Assembly (NCBI GenBank): GCA_963832745.1
Contig: CAWHVC010000005.1
Location: 192,001 to 256,000 of the forward strand
DNA: 64,000 nt
Direction of reading: 5' to 3'
Origin: Candidatus Bathyarchaeota archaeon
Lineage (GTDB): Archaea; Thermoproteota; Bathyarchaeia; Bathyarchaeales; Bathycorpusculaceae
Shown: piece by piece, positions 10,497-20,781 of the stretch
Position numbering within the stretch: position 1 is the first letter of the stretch
Layout: each line of letters opens with the position of its first letter
The notes under the pieces: model-generated
Databases searched by the model: none
Told to the model about the DNA's origin: nothing
Seen by the model: only the letters and a program-made list of their open reading frames with translations
Program-made: the position numbers and the translations under genes

Positions 10497-11006
10497 TTGG
10501 TGGTGGCCATATTGAAAGTTGAAATAATACGTAAAACAACACAAAGTGTAGTTAATTTCAAGAATCATTTTAAACACTTCGAAAAAGTTGAAGCCGTTAA
10601 ACGTGTCTTCGGCGACAAAACCCATGACGCATTATCTAACTTGGAAGTAGAATTTACAGAAGCAACTATCTACATGAGAGTAGACTACGATGGACGGCTA
10701 CTGATTAACCCTGACTATTTTGAAAACGCTAACCTGACGGACTTATACCTTGACGTCATCCACGAACTAGTCCATGTAAACCAAGTCATAACTGGCCAAG
10801 AATTCAAAGAAGAACTACCATACATTGAGAAACCCACCGAAATTGAAGCTTATCAAGTAGCCGTAGACGAAGCAAGAGCGTTAGGGCTAGACGAGAAAAG
10901 GATACTGGATTACCTTGACTCTGACCTAATCAACACAGAGGAACTAATGCAGCTAGCATCAACAGTAGGCGTAAACATCAAAGAAGACGAGTTAGAAAAC
11001 AACTAA
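10497..11006 (+). CDS. Zincin-like putative metallopeptidase
   Basis: HELVH (HExxH) followed by EIEAY. Confidence 0.6.
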   Translation: MVVAILKVEIIRKTTQSVVNFKNHFKHFEKVEAVKRVFGDKTHDALSNLEVEFTEATIYMRVDYDGRLLINPDYFENANLTDLYLDVIHELVHVNQVITGQEFKEELPYIEKPTEIEAYQVAVDEARALGLDEKRILDYLDSDLINTEELMQLASTVGVNIKEDELENN

Positions 11007-11043
11007 ACCCCTTTTTTAGGGTAGAAGGCAAAAAAACCTTCAA

Positions 11044-12154
11044 TTACTTACGTTTTATGTGGTATTGTTCGATTACGTCTTTAGCTTTTTCGCGGCGTTC
11101 CCTGTGTGCTTCAAGGAACCGGTTAAGTTTTTCAGCAATATCTTTTTTGCATTCGCCACAGAGCATTTCGCCTGATCGGCACCGTTGCTCACGTTCTTTT
11201 AATTTGCCCGTATCATCTTCAAAAAGATAATAGTAGTACTGGAAAATGCTGCAAACGGTGGGGTCTGCACCGGTTTTGCGTTGTTCAGCCGCTGTTGGTT
11301 TGCCACCTGTGAATGCGCCCCAGATTTTCTTTTTGACAATATCTGGCTGGTCCATGGTGAATATGCTGGTTTCTGGCATGGAGGCACTCATTTTTCCGCC
11401 TGCACCCAAGTCCTGGCAGGAAGCGGCAGTGAATTTGGGCTGGTTTGTAGTAGCCGAGTTTTTGGGCTACGTCGCGGGTTACGCGCCAGTATGGGTCTTG
11501 GTCGATTGCTGCAGGGATGAGAGCTGGCACGTTTTCGCCTGTTAATTTTTTATGTATGAAGCAGGGGGCTGCTTGGATTGCGGGCCAGTAAACCCAGCCA
11601 ATGTTTGTGCTATCTTGAAAGCCAAAACTGCTACGGGCTGTGCTGTAGGTGATGCGTTTGGCTACCTCTAGAGTGATATCATAGAGTAGGTCAATGTCTT
11701 TAGTATCGTAAATGATGAAGGTATCTTCCGGCTTGAACCCAAGCGCAATTAGGTCAAGAGCGTTTTCGTATGACCATTTGCTGGTTTCTTTAAGGTCCCG
11801 TTCATTATTGACGAGGTATTTTTCGTCATCAGTTATTTGGAAGTACAAACGTGTTTTAAATTTTTGTTGCATGTGCAAAGTGAAAATCCATGGAACCAAG
11901 TGTCCGATGTGGACTGGCCCTGAGGGTCCTCTGCCTGTGTAGAGAACAAATTTGGTTCCTTTATCATAAAGGTCCAAAACCGTGTCTAAGTCGCGATGGC
12001 TGAAGAAGATTTGTCTTTCAAGCTGCAGGTGCAACTTGTCGGTGTGGGTTTCTACACGTTTGAGAAGCGCAGGTGTTAAAGGCTGGGTGCCGAATTCTTT
12101 TATGAGGCGTTCGTAGTCGACTTTACCTTTTACTTCCCAAGGGGTAACTACCAT
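11044..12154 (-). CDS. trpS: Tryptophan--tRNA ligase, split by a +1 frameshift near 11406
   Basis: VTPWEV, YTGRGPSGPVHIGH, IDQDPY in the upstream ORF; KMSAS and AFTGG...CGECKK in the downstream ORF. Confidence 0.93.
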
Positions 12155-12247
12155 TTCATTATTGTTATCGTTTGCGTCGGGTGAAGCCGTCTTGTATCAC
12201 CAGTATATTGGGGAAAAAGGGTTTTTTCAGATATATGCTTTTGCCGT

Positions 12248-12643
12248 TTACTTTTCAATTGGACGACGCATTACGCCGCCAGCAATTCTTTTGTACTTGT
12301 AACCATCAAACTCAATCCATTCAGTGAACGATACTTCACGGGTTATACGTAAAATGTCTGACGGCAACTCTGCATAATTCGTGTATGAGCAGAACTCGTA
12401 GGGGATTGGCACGTCACCTTTGTGTTTAGGTTTTGGTGTGCGGGTTTCCCAGACACCAGTCTCTTTTGGCAATTCAGTTTGGTTTTCGCTTGTTAGGGGC
12501 GTTGTTGCCACGACATAGCCTTCTTGCGGACTGTAAGCTTTCCCTTCAATTAGCAGTTTGCGCAAAGTCTTTTGATTTTCAACGTCATCAATTTTTGTGG
12601 GCGTTGATATTTGTTTCAGAACTGCTAATTCGATGGCACTCAT
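12248..12643 (-). CDS. Hypothetical protein, possible N-terminal winged-helix fragment
   Basis: 131-aa ORF; LRKLLIEGKAYSPQEGYV resembles a wHTH wing. Confidence 0.55.
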   Translation of the reverse strand: MSAIELAVLKQISTPTKIDDVENQKTLRKLLIEGKAYSPQEGYVVATTPLTSENQTELPKETGVWETRTPKPKHKGDVPIPYEFCSYTNYAELPSDILRITREVSFTEWIEFDGYKYKRIAGGVMRRPIEK

Positions 12644-12736
12644 ATTTTCACATCAATAATTCATAATATTTAATCGTTATTAAGTGACTTGCAAAAAAAA
12701 GCAACTAAGAAAAAAAAGGTTTGGATATTTTGCGGT

Positions 12737-14000
12737 TTATCGTTCCTTCCAACGCGTAACCAAAGACCCAACAATTATGAATACAAAAGCTAACACTGCA
12801 ACCACTGCCAAGTTACTGTAAACGCCTTCAGGGAAATTGTAAACCATCGAATAACGCAAACCGTCAGACAAGTAGGTAAGCGGCAAAACTTTGGAGATTG
12901 ACTGCAAATATTGAGGCATCATTTCAAGGGGGAAGAAAGTGCCAGATAGGAACATCATTGGGAAAGCAATAGCGTTGCCTGCAGCGTTAGCGGCTTCAAT
13001 GTCCCGGAACAACCCTGCGATGGTCATGCCGATTCCTGAAAACATTACAGAGCCAAAGAGCAACAGAAGGAATGTTAACGCGTCAGGAATGATTCTTACA
13101 CCGAAAACTATCCAGCCTACTGCAATCATTATGCCTGTGAGCAACAGGTTTAGCACAGCTTGGCTTAAGACGTTGCCAATTATCCAGTCAAGTTTAGTCA
13201 AAGGCGTCATTGAGAGTCGTTTGATTATGCCTCTTCGTTTGAATTCTGAAGCAGTTGAAGATAAACCGATAATGCCGTTTGTCATGATGAAAGCTGCAGT
13301 AATAGCTGGCACGTAATAATCAACCATGTTGTAGGTTGTGTTTGTTGCGGATTCCTCATTGATGGTTATGATGTTTTGGGCACCAATTAATTTATAGTTA
13401 AAAGCGTTGGATACGCTACCGATTATGCTTTTGACCACGGCTGCTGACTGATCGGATGGGTCAGTGATGATGGTTAAGGAAGAATTCGCTACAGGAAGAC
13501 TGCCGTTTAATTCTTGCATGCCACTTATGCCCTGTTGTAGCCCCAATTTTTGTTCGTCAGTCATGTAAGCTTGGAAGTACTGTAAAGACATGTTCATAGT
13601 GTCATACATTATCCCAACGCGGACTTTCATGGTACCGTTAAGCAAGTCATCATTGAAACCTTTAGAAATAACGAGGATACGCATGGTTCCACCTAACGGT
13701 CCAAGAGCATCCCGTCACGTAATCGGTAGCGTTAGCGTCGACAGGTATACCTTTCATGCTAAAAGTGTTAGTGCTGTTAAGCGCCGTTATGAAAGCTGAA
13801 GACAACTCCGTAGCGTGCCCTTGACTATCTACATCAAGGTTTTGAATGTAAATGCTGTAAGTTGATGAACCGCCAAATCCTGAAAAAATGGCGCCAAAAA
13901 CCAACAACAGCAAGATTGGAAACATTATACTAAAGAATAGGCCGGAACGGGAACGTATCCAATTCTTGGTTACTGCTTTTAAAACTGTAAAGAACTTCAT
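12737..14000 (-). CDS. ABC-2 type exporter permease, split by a +1 frameshift near 13712
   Basis: N-terminal TM (FFSIMFPILLLLVFG) in 13662..14000; ABC-2 membrane domain (KRLSMTPL, FLSGTFFPLEMMP, LPLTY) in 12737..13684. Confidence 0.88.
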
Positions 14001-14935
14001 TGTTTTAGCTCTCCTTCGTCAGTTATGCGTGCGCCTGTAAGCTTGAGAAAAACGTCTTCTATTGAGGGTGTTTGAACTTCGATGTCTTGATTGATGCGCA
14101 GTTCAGTTAGGTATGACATAACATTCCAGAAGTCTTCCGCTGAAGGAATTTCAACCAATACATCCTCAGTACGGTTAAGCTTGATATGCTCAAACTTCAG
14201 TTTTAGCTTATCAGTTAACGCTTTTCCTGCTTTTCGAATAATCAACGTTTTTGAGCCACCATACTGGCTGACAAGTTCCTGCGGCGAACCAATAACTGAA
14301 ATTTTACCCTTCTGCACTATGGCCACTCGGTCAGCTAAGGCTTGAGCTTCCTCCATGTAATGAGTTGTTAAAAACACGGTTTTGCCCAGTTTCTTCAGGT
14401 TAGCAATTACAGTCCAGACGTCACGACGTGCTTTAGGGTCAAGACCCGTCGTGGGTTCATCAAGGAAAATCAGTTGGGGGTCGCTGACAAGAGCTGCGGC
14501 GACGCCGACACGCTGCTTAAGACCACCGGAAAGATTCTCAAAACGCGCTTTTGCTTTGTCTTCAAGGTCTAATAGTTTGATGACTTCTTCGGTTGGCAAA
14601 TGTTTCTGGTACATATCACCGATTAAGTCAATGTTTTCTTTCACCGTCAACTTATCAAGCGCACTGTAATCCTGCGGTAAAACGCCGATTCTACGCTTGA
14701 TTTCTTTAACGTCTGAACTGTTATTTACATCGAAGCCTAAAACTTTGGCTGAACCCGCGGTTAATGGGCGAAGGCATTCAAGTATTTCTACGGTTGTAGT
14801 TTTTCCTGCACCGTTTGGACCCAGAAAAGCGAAGATTTCACCCTCGTAAACTTGAAATGAAATTTGGTTTACGGCGGTTAAGTTTTTGTACTGTTTTACT
14901 AGAGAGTTTACCTCTACTACGGCTGTATGATTCAT
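13997..14935 (-). CDS. ABC-2 exporter ATP-binding protein
   Basis: Walker A GPNGAGKTT, LSGG signature, LIFLDEPTTGLD, TTHYMEEA. Confidence 0.93.
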   Translation of the reverse strand: MNHTAVVEVNSLVKQYKNLTAVNQISFQVYEGEIFAFLGPNGAGKTTTVEILECLRPLTAGSAKVLGFDVNNSSDVKEIKRRIGVLPQDYSALDKLTVKENIDLIGDMYQKHLPTEEVIKLLDLEDKAKARFENLSGGLKQRVGVAAALVSDPQLIFLDEPTTGLDPKARRDVWTVIANLKKLGKTVFLTTHYMEEAQALADRVAIVQKGKISVIGSPQELVSQYGGSKTLIIRKAGKALTDKLKLKFEHIKLNRTEDVLVEIPSAEDFWNVMSYLTELRINQDIEVQTPSIEDVFLKLTGARITDEGELKQ

Positions 14936-15083
14936 GATTTAGTGCATTGCTCCTCGAAACGACGTTGTTTTTGTAAGTTTTAGCTAATAAAACTTGTCAG
15001 GGAGCAAGGGGCTGTTTAAAGAAAAAGGTTCAGTATAAGTAAAAATGAAAGGTTTGATGAGAAAATGACGAGCTCAGGTCTGT

Positions 15084-16844
15084 TTACCGGAAAATTAGCC
15101 GTCTAAAGTAAACCAGTAAACCGCCGATAACGCCAATTATTACGCCTACCACGACAATGATTACTATATTTTCCACGTTAAGTAAACCTTGAGCTGTGGC
15201 GGTTGGTGTCGGGTAAACTGAGGTTGGGTCAAATGCGGGTATGGTAATGTTACCGTGGGCGCTGGAGATTTCTAATGGCGCCATTAAAGGGTAATTGTCA
15301 ACCATGTACTCGAAAACCGTGTAAGGGGTGTCGCCTATGCCATCACCGTTCATATCAACACCTGTGTAAGTATCCCAGTAGTTGCCTGTTTGAGCGTTAT
15401 CCCACGTGTTACCCACCGAGTACGATTCTCCATCGGAAAGCAGGGTTTCAAGGTGTGTTTCAAAAACCTGTACTTGATTATCAAAGAAGTTGTTGTAGTA
15501 GAAAGTATTGTTGCTTGACCCAGCGTAAATGCTTACAGCGTACTTGCAAGAAGTGACATTGTTTTGGGTGAAATTATTAAAGTTCGACTGGCCAAGCTGG
15601 ATTCCGGCTTTGCAGTCTTTGATTACATTTGCGGTTAGGGTGTTGTTTGAACTTGAAAAGAATTCAAGCGCGCAGTCATGGTTGATTATTGTGTTGTCAT
15701 AAATGTTGTTGCTGAAGGTTCCGCCAAGTTGGGTATCGCCTAACTGAATTGCCGCGGTGTTAAAACCTGATTGGTGTACTCTGTCGGCATCTGTAGAGTA
15801 AACAGTGTCTAAAAGCACGTTGGCATAGATTTCGTTGAAACTTGAATTATTATACAGTTTAATGCATACACTATAATAGGTGATTTTGTTTGCAAAGACT
15901 CTATTATTTGAACTTGAATCAAACCTGATTGAACTTAACAAGTTATCATGAATACTGGTTCCATTTGAATTAACTAAAAGAACATGTCCGCGACTGTTGG
16001 ATATTTCACTTGTAGTTGTATTAACCAGTTGCATTGTAACAGCGTAATCATATACGGGGTTAACATTTTTTACAACAATATTGGTGCAGTTAAAAAGGTA
16101 AACAAGCCCTGCTTCTTCAAAAACCTTGTCAGATTTGCTGTCAAGATAAACCAAGGGTTTTCCGTCAACTGTATTTCCGTAAGCGATAGTTTGGTTAGAA
16201 CTTAGACTGGAAACTCGGCACCCAAAAAAGTTGTTATCAACTATGCTTGTTTTGCTGGTTGAAGCGTCAAGGTAGATGCCGCCTTGATGGTCTTGACAAG
16301 AAAAGCTGTTGCCTGAAATTTCGGTTCCAACAGCGTCACTAAGATAAATGCACCAACCAGCCTCTTTAGATTGGTTATTATTGACGTTGCCGCTGGTTTC
16401 AATTCTGTTGTTAATTATTTGATTGTTAAAGGCAGATGGTTGATTTAAATAGTTGGAGTTTGAAGGCCAATTTTTAACCTGCCAGAAATCGATGCCTGTC
16501 TGAAAATTTTTTATTGTGAAATTTGCGATTTTAATGTTTTGGCTTCTTAACATATAGATTGCTGAGCCTAAACCTGAACCTTGAACAGTGTAACCTGCGC
16601 CGTTAAGGGTAATGTTGTCTTTTTCTATGAAGATGAAGGCTTCGTTTTGACCAACATACGCCTGCAGGTTATCGGTTAAAGTATATACTGTACCGTTCTG
16701 AATTATTTTGTCTGTTCCGATAATAGTGCCGTCCTCTTTTATTCGGATAATATCCGAGTCTTGGGCACTGACCTGTCCTGAGTTTATGACAAGAACAGAG
16801 GACAACAAGAATAGAACAATCAAAGTAGCCACTGTTTTGTTCAT
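15084..16844 (-). CDS. NosD/CASH-type parallel beta-helix cell-surface protein
   Basis: Signal peptide, Asn-rich beta-helix repeats, GNYWDTYTGVDMNGDGIGDTPY motif, C-terminal TM with basic tail. Confidence 0.85.
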   Translation of the reverse strand: MNKTVATLIVLFLLSSVLVINSGQVSAQDSDIIRIKEDGTIIGTDKIIQNGTVYTLTDNLQAYVGQNEAFIFIEKDNITLNGAGYTVQGSGLGSAIYMLRSQNIKIANFTIKNFQTGIDFWQVKNWPSNSNYLNQPSAFNNQIINNRIETSGNVNNNQSKEAGWCIYLSDAVGTEISGNSFSCQDHQGGIYLDASTSKTSIVDNNFFGCRVSSLSSNQTIAYGNTVDGKPLVYLDSKSDKVFEEAGLVYLFNCTNIVVKNVNPVYDYAVTMQLVNTTTSEISNSRGHVLLVNSNGTSIHDNLLSSIRFDSSSNNRVFANKITYYSVCIKLYNNSSFNEIYANVLLDTVYSTDADRVHQSGFNTAAIQLGDTQLGGTFSNNIYDNTIINHDCALEFFSSSNNTLTANVIKDCKAGIQLGQSNFNNFTQNNVTSCKYAVSIYAGSSNNTFYYNNFFDNQVQVFETHLETLLSDGESYSVGNTWDNAQTGNYWDTYTGVDMNGDGIGDTPYTVFEYMVDNYPLMAPLEISSAHGNITIPAFDPTSVYPTPTATAQGLLNVENIVIIVVVGVIIGVIGGLLVYFRRLIFR

Positions 16845-17147
16845 ACTGGTCGCAGCATAAATTAACGCTTTATCTCCTCTTATTGTTTGCGGAAAAAGCC
16901 GTAAAACAAAAACTGTTCAACAGCAAATACAAGAAACTAAATTTTTAAAATAAAAATTTTAAAACTAAAAAAGATAAAAAATAAACTTTAACAAGCAATT
17001 TTGGCGTCTTTGAAAGCAACAGGGCATACACTAAAAATCTGCAGCGGCAAGTGCTAATAGAGCAGAAACAAGCCAAAGCGTGCTGGTTCCCTATTCACTG
17101 TTTAAATAACAGGATAGATAATTTTTTGCTCAAGAGATGCAAAACTT

Positions 17148-17462
17148 ATGCAGCTTGAAGAAATGAGAAAAGAAATCGAAGCATTAGTCATAGCTAAAGG
17201 CTTTTACAACAACCCGGAAGACATCCCTAAAAAACTCCTTTTCGCCTTCATTGAACTTGGCGAAGCCAGCGATGCCTGGAAAAAAGGGCAACCTGAAGAA
17301 AAAATTGCTGAAGAATTAATCGACGTAATCTTTTACCTGCTTGACGCCAGTCGGCTTGCCTGTCCAAACATGAATATGGACGAGGTTTTCAAGAAGAAGC
17401 TTGAAAAAAATCTTGGCAGACCTTACCAGTATGGGGAAGGACACCGCAACAAAACCCCGTAA
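17148..17462 (+). CDS. MazG-like nucleotide pyrophosphohydrolase
   Basis: ELGEASDAWKK...EELIDVIFY...KKLEKN. Confidence 0.8.
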   Translation: MQLEEMRKEIEALVIAKGFYNNPEDIPKKLLFAFIELGEASDAWKKGQPEEKIAEELIDVIFYLLDASRLACPNMNMDEVFKKKLEKNLGRPYQYGEGHRNKTP

Positions 17463-17525
17463 ACCCAAAATTTTTGGGCAGGAAGTTTTTAGGCAACACA
17501 CACCAATTATGGTGCTGAATTAATC

Positions 17526-17951
17526 TTGGAATTCATTTACCCAACAAATCTGCGGTTCGAATGCAACAGGTGCGGAATCTGCTGCAGAGACACTCAAGAA
17601 AAAACCAGGCACATAATCATGCTTGAAAAGGAAGCTCAAGAAATTCAAGAAAAAACTGGCAAAAGCCGGGACGAATGCTGCCTTGAAATCTTTGACAAGT
17701 TGCCGTACAGGTTCGAAATGAATAAAACGCAGGATGGAAAATGCATTTTCCTTAAACAGGATGGTTGCAGCATTTACGGTTTTAGACCGATGATTTGCAG
17801 GTTTTACCCTTTTGAATTGAAATTTGATGAAACCCAACAAAAACATGTTTTTACGGCTACCAATGAGTGCCCAGCGTTAAATCAGGGCAAGCATTTGACG
17901 TTGGCAGATTTTAAACGGCTGTTTTGGCTGGCTCAAGAAAGATTACCATGA
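17526..17951 (+). CDS. YkgJ-family cysteine-cluster protein
   Basis: CNRCGICC...CIFL...CSIY..RPMICRFYPF...CPAL. Confidence 0.85.
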   Translation: MEFIYPTNLRFECNRCGICCRDTQEKTRHIIMLEKEAQEIQEKTGKSRDECCLEIFDKLPYRFEMNKTQDGKCIFLKQDGCSIYGFRPMICRFYPFELKFDETQQKHVFTATNECPALNQGKHLTLADFKRLFWLAQERLP

Positions 17952-17955
17952 GCAG

Positions 17956-18420
17956 CTACATTTGGGATAATACATCGGTTTTTTCAAGAATGTAACCGCA
18001 GTAGTGACACTTCAAAACAAGCGGCTCCACGGATTCAACGCTGAATTTTGAACCCACCGGTTCCTCACTGTTTGTTACGCACACGGGGTTTGCACATTTC
18101 ACTATGCCCTCAATAACTGGAGGCAGTTTAACTTCAAGTTTCTCGACAACGGCATAATTCTTGATTATGTTTATGGAGGCGTGAGGGGCGACAAGGGCGA
18201 TACGGTTAACTTCGCCAGCGTTTAAGGCGCGGCCTTCAATTTTTACGATGTCTTTAGTGCCAAGATGTTTGCTGGGAACATTAATGGTTATAGTCATTAC
18301 ACGGTTTTCTTTGCCTGTGATGCCAAGTATTTTTACGACGTCAAGTGCGTAGCCGCCGCTGATGTGGTCAATAACCGTGCCGTCCTTAATTTTTGAAACT
18401 CGAAGTTCCTTCTCACTCAT
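17956..18420 (-). CDS. pyrI: Aspartate carbamoyltransferase regulatory chain
   Basis: VSKIKDGTVIDHI, KDIVKIE, CANPVCVTN, CHYC; ATG at 18420 is the likely start. Confidence 0.93.
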   Translation of the reverse strand: MSEKELRVSKIKDGTVIDHISGGYALDVVKILGITGKENRVMTITINVPSKHLGTKDIVKIEGRALNAGEVNRIALVAPHASINIIKNYAVVEKLEVKLPPVIEGIVKCANPVCVTNSEEPVGSKFSVESVEPLVLKCHYCGYILEKTDVLSQM

Positions 18421-18559
18421 AAAGTTGCCAACAACTAAGCATATGCACAATTAACAGATAAATTTTACATAAAAACCAAGACAGGGCAGATTAAAAAGCC
18501 TTAAAGCCGTCAATTTCTTGCTGGTAACATAATTATAAAAAAGAGGTTTAGAATTGATT

Positions 18560-19665
18560 TTATTTTCTTTTCTTTATGAATAGTGCCGATAATATGACAG
18601 CAATAATAAAAGCTGCCATTATTGCAATAATGACGGTTGTATTTGACGGGTTTTGAGGCGCTTGCGCATCTATGTTTGGAGTTGTGTCTGTGGAAAGATT
18701 CGCTGTATCTGGAACAGAACCCATTATTCCTGTGGGGTGACTGTAGTCTATTTCGCCGGTGTCTGCCCATATTCCAACTTGCCAGCCATTGATAGTTGAG
18801 TTGGGGTAGAAAGAGGTATTTAACCAAACAAAAAAGGATGCGATATGAAAGGCTCTCTAGGTGACATATATAAGTCAACTCGTACGGTTTCATTTCTTAA
18901 ACTGAGCGATGAATTGGCCGCAATTTCTGCTTGTTCCATAGCAAGGCTTATTGCTTTTTCACGAGATACCATTATCTTCTCACTACCTATAGAAAAGAAT
19001 TTCCAGCCATTACTAAATCCGGTTAATTCTCCATTTTTAAAGAAAATATTGATACTCTTAGGAGAATCAACAGATTCGTTTGAGGCATACATGAAGGATA
19101 CAGTTGTGAACGTAGCAGTTACATTTTGAGAAATAAAGTTTGTATTCGTTGTCACCTGACATTTAAGATTTCCTACTGTTTTATTCGCAGACTGAATGTC
19201 GGAAATTTTATCGAGCATATCCTGCATTTGTTGAAGAGATTGTGCATCATCTACCGTTTGAAGTCTTTGAATAATTTCTTTTGTTTCAATTAAAATGTTC
19301 GTAGAAAATTGCTTTCCAAAGTGAGCGGTTGCTATCGACGCGCCATGAGGATATATATCGACAATCGCAAGAGTGCCATTTACAAACCGCATATTTACGT
19401 CAATGTTTTTGTTGTCTTCAGATTTCAAGCTATATGTGAAATCTTCCTGAACAAGTCCGCCATAAGCGTCAGGTTGTTCGGAACGGTAGTTTGTGAGTTC
19501 TACCTTGTATTTCGTCGAGTCGAGCCCAATTATGTCGTTGATTGCTGTAAGCGCTTTGTTTTGAATTGTTAATTCCTCCGAGTGTGCACCGGAAATTTGA
19601 CTTATTGAAAAAGCCAAAATTGATATTACAATAAGGCATGTGTAAATTTTTTTCAGACTTTTCAT
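18560..19665 (-). CDS. Secreted, C-terminally anchored protein with a PepSY-like domain; disrupted near 18810-18835
   Basis: Signal peptide; VSREKAISLA...REP..PF, then in another frame NSTINGWQVGIWADTGEIDY, a linker and a TM ending KKRK at stop 18560. Confidence 0.65.
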
Positions 19666-19677
19666 TTTTTTCCTCCT

Positions 19678-20600
19678 TTATGGCAGCGCCATTCCGCCAT
19701 CGCCGATTACACGCATCTTGCACCATACATTCACGTTATGAGCAGGGTCATAGAGCCAATATCCGTTGTAAAGTTCCGAAGATTGGAAACTTTGTTGCCA
19801 GTTTGTCATATCTTGCATTGCCCAATTAAGTGATGTGATAATTGAATAATGATAATTCAGTGAGTAATCATAGAATCGTCTGACAAATTCGCCGTAATTA
19901 TGATTAATTAGACCGCTAGTATCACAAGTCCATTTGGATGTATTCTGAAATCCTATGTAACAATAGCCGCTATAGTCAGGATTGGCAAATCCATCCCAGC
20001 TTAAGTCAGCTCTAAGTGTCCATGCAAAAGGCATACCTACTGCGCCTGTGCTAGGATACTGTTGAGACATGTACCCGTAACCATCAAAATCGCCGTCATT
20101 ATCTGGATCAATTAAGCCTCCGTTCACACATGTATATATAAAGGTAAATCGATGTTTCGAACCTGTGTAGTTATACAACTCACGGTCGCTGATTCCTTCT
20201 GTAGTTCCCGGGTTAAAAGAACTGTAGTAATTATAGTGTCGTTCACCATTCACATCAGTAAGGTACATATCGCCTACGTGAAATGTCGCCAAGAAATCAT
20301 AAGTACCACTACCTTGAATTGCTTGAGAATTCGCATAAACATAAGAGGATCTTGTGCTAGAGCCGTAATTGTTGGCTGCTACCCAGTTTGGTTCTGCTTG
20401 AGCAAGGCTAGTAATGTATGAGCATGTATAGCTTTGTGATGGCTGTTCATAGGTTGCAAACCAAGTCGGGTATGGGTCCCATTGTGTATTATGATACGTT
20501 GAGCCCCAGTTTACACTAACATGAGAGCCTTGAACTGGTATGCTTAGCATTGAAAGAGCAAGTAACAATGGCAAAATTTTTAAAAAAGTATTTTTTTCAT
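19678..20600 (-). CDS. Secreted protein with a putative clan CD (gingipain/C25-like) fold; frameshift in the A7/T6 runs after the ATG
   Basis: GAGGAG SD and ATG at 20600, one base out of frame with ORF 19678..20574; motifs FHVG, FIYTCVNG, YIGF, VIGDG. Confidence 0.6.
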
Positions 20601-20781
20601 TTTACTCCTCATAAATGGTCCTTTTTTCGCTCATAGTATATAATTTTTTGGGAAAAAACAGATAATTAGGAAACATTTTTTGTCGACAAGAATGAATTCA
20701 TGTCAAGTTTGCAATTTTTAAAATTATATTGACCATGAGAAATTTTTAAGTAACTTTATTAGGGATTCTAATTTATAAAAA

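Noticed and set aside
11395-11415. Programmed frameshift or Trp-sensing recoding in trpS
   Set aside because: No slippery heptamer, no in-frame Trp codon at the site, and similar indels in unrelated neighbouring genes; artefact is more parsimonious
15050-15083. TGATGA...CTG segment as a second C/D sRNA
   Set aside because: No complete C/D'/C'/D set, terminal stem or recognisable rRNA-antisense guide
18510-18893. 127-aa ORF as an independent gene
   Set aside because: Wrong-frame overlay of the C-terminal part of the disrupted 18560..19665 gene
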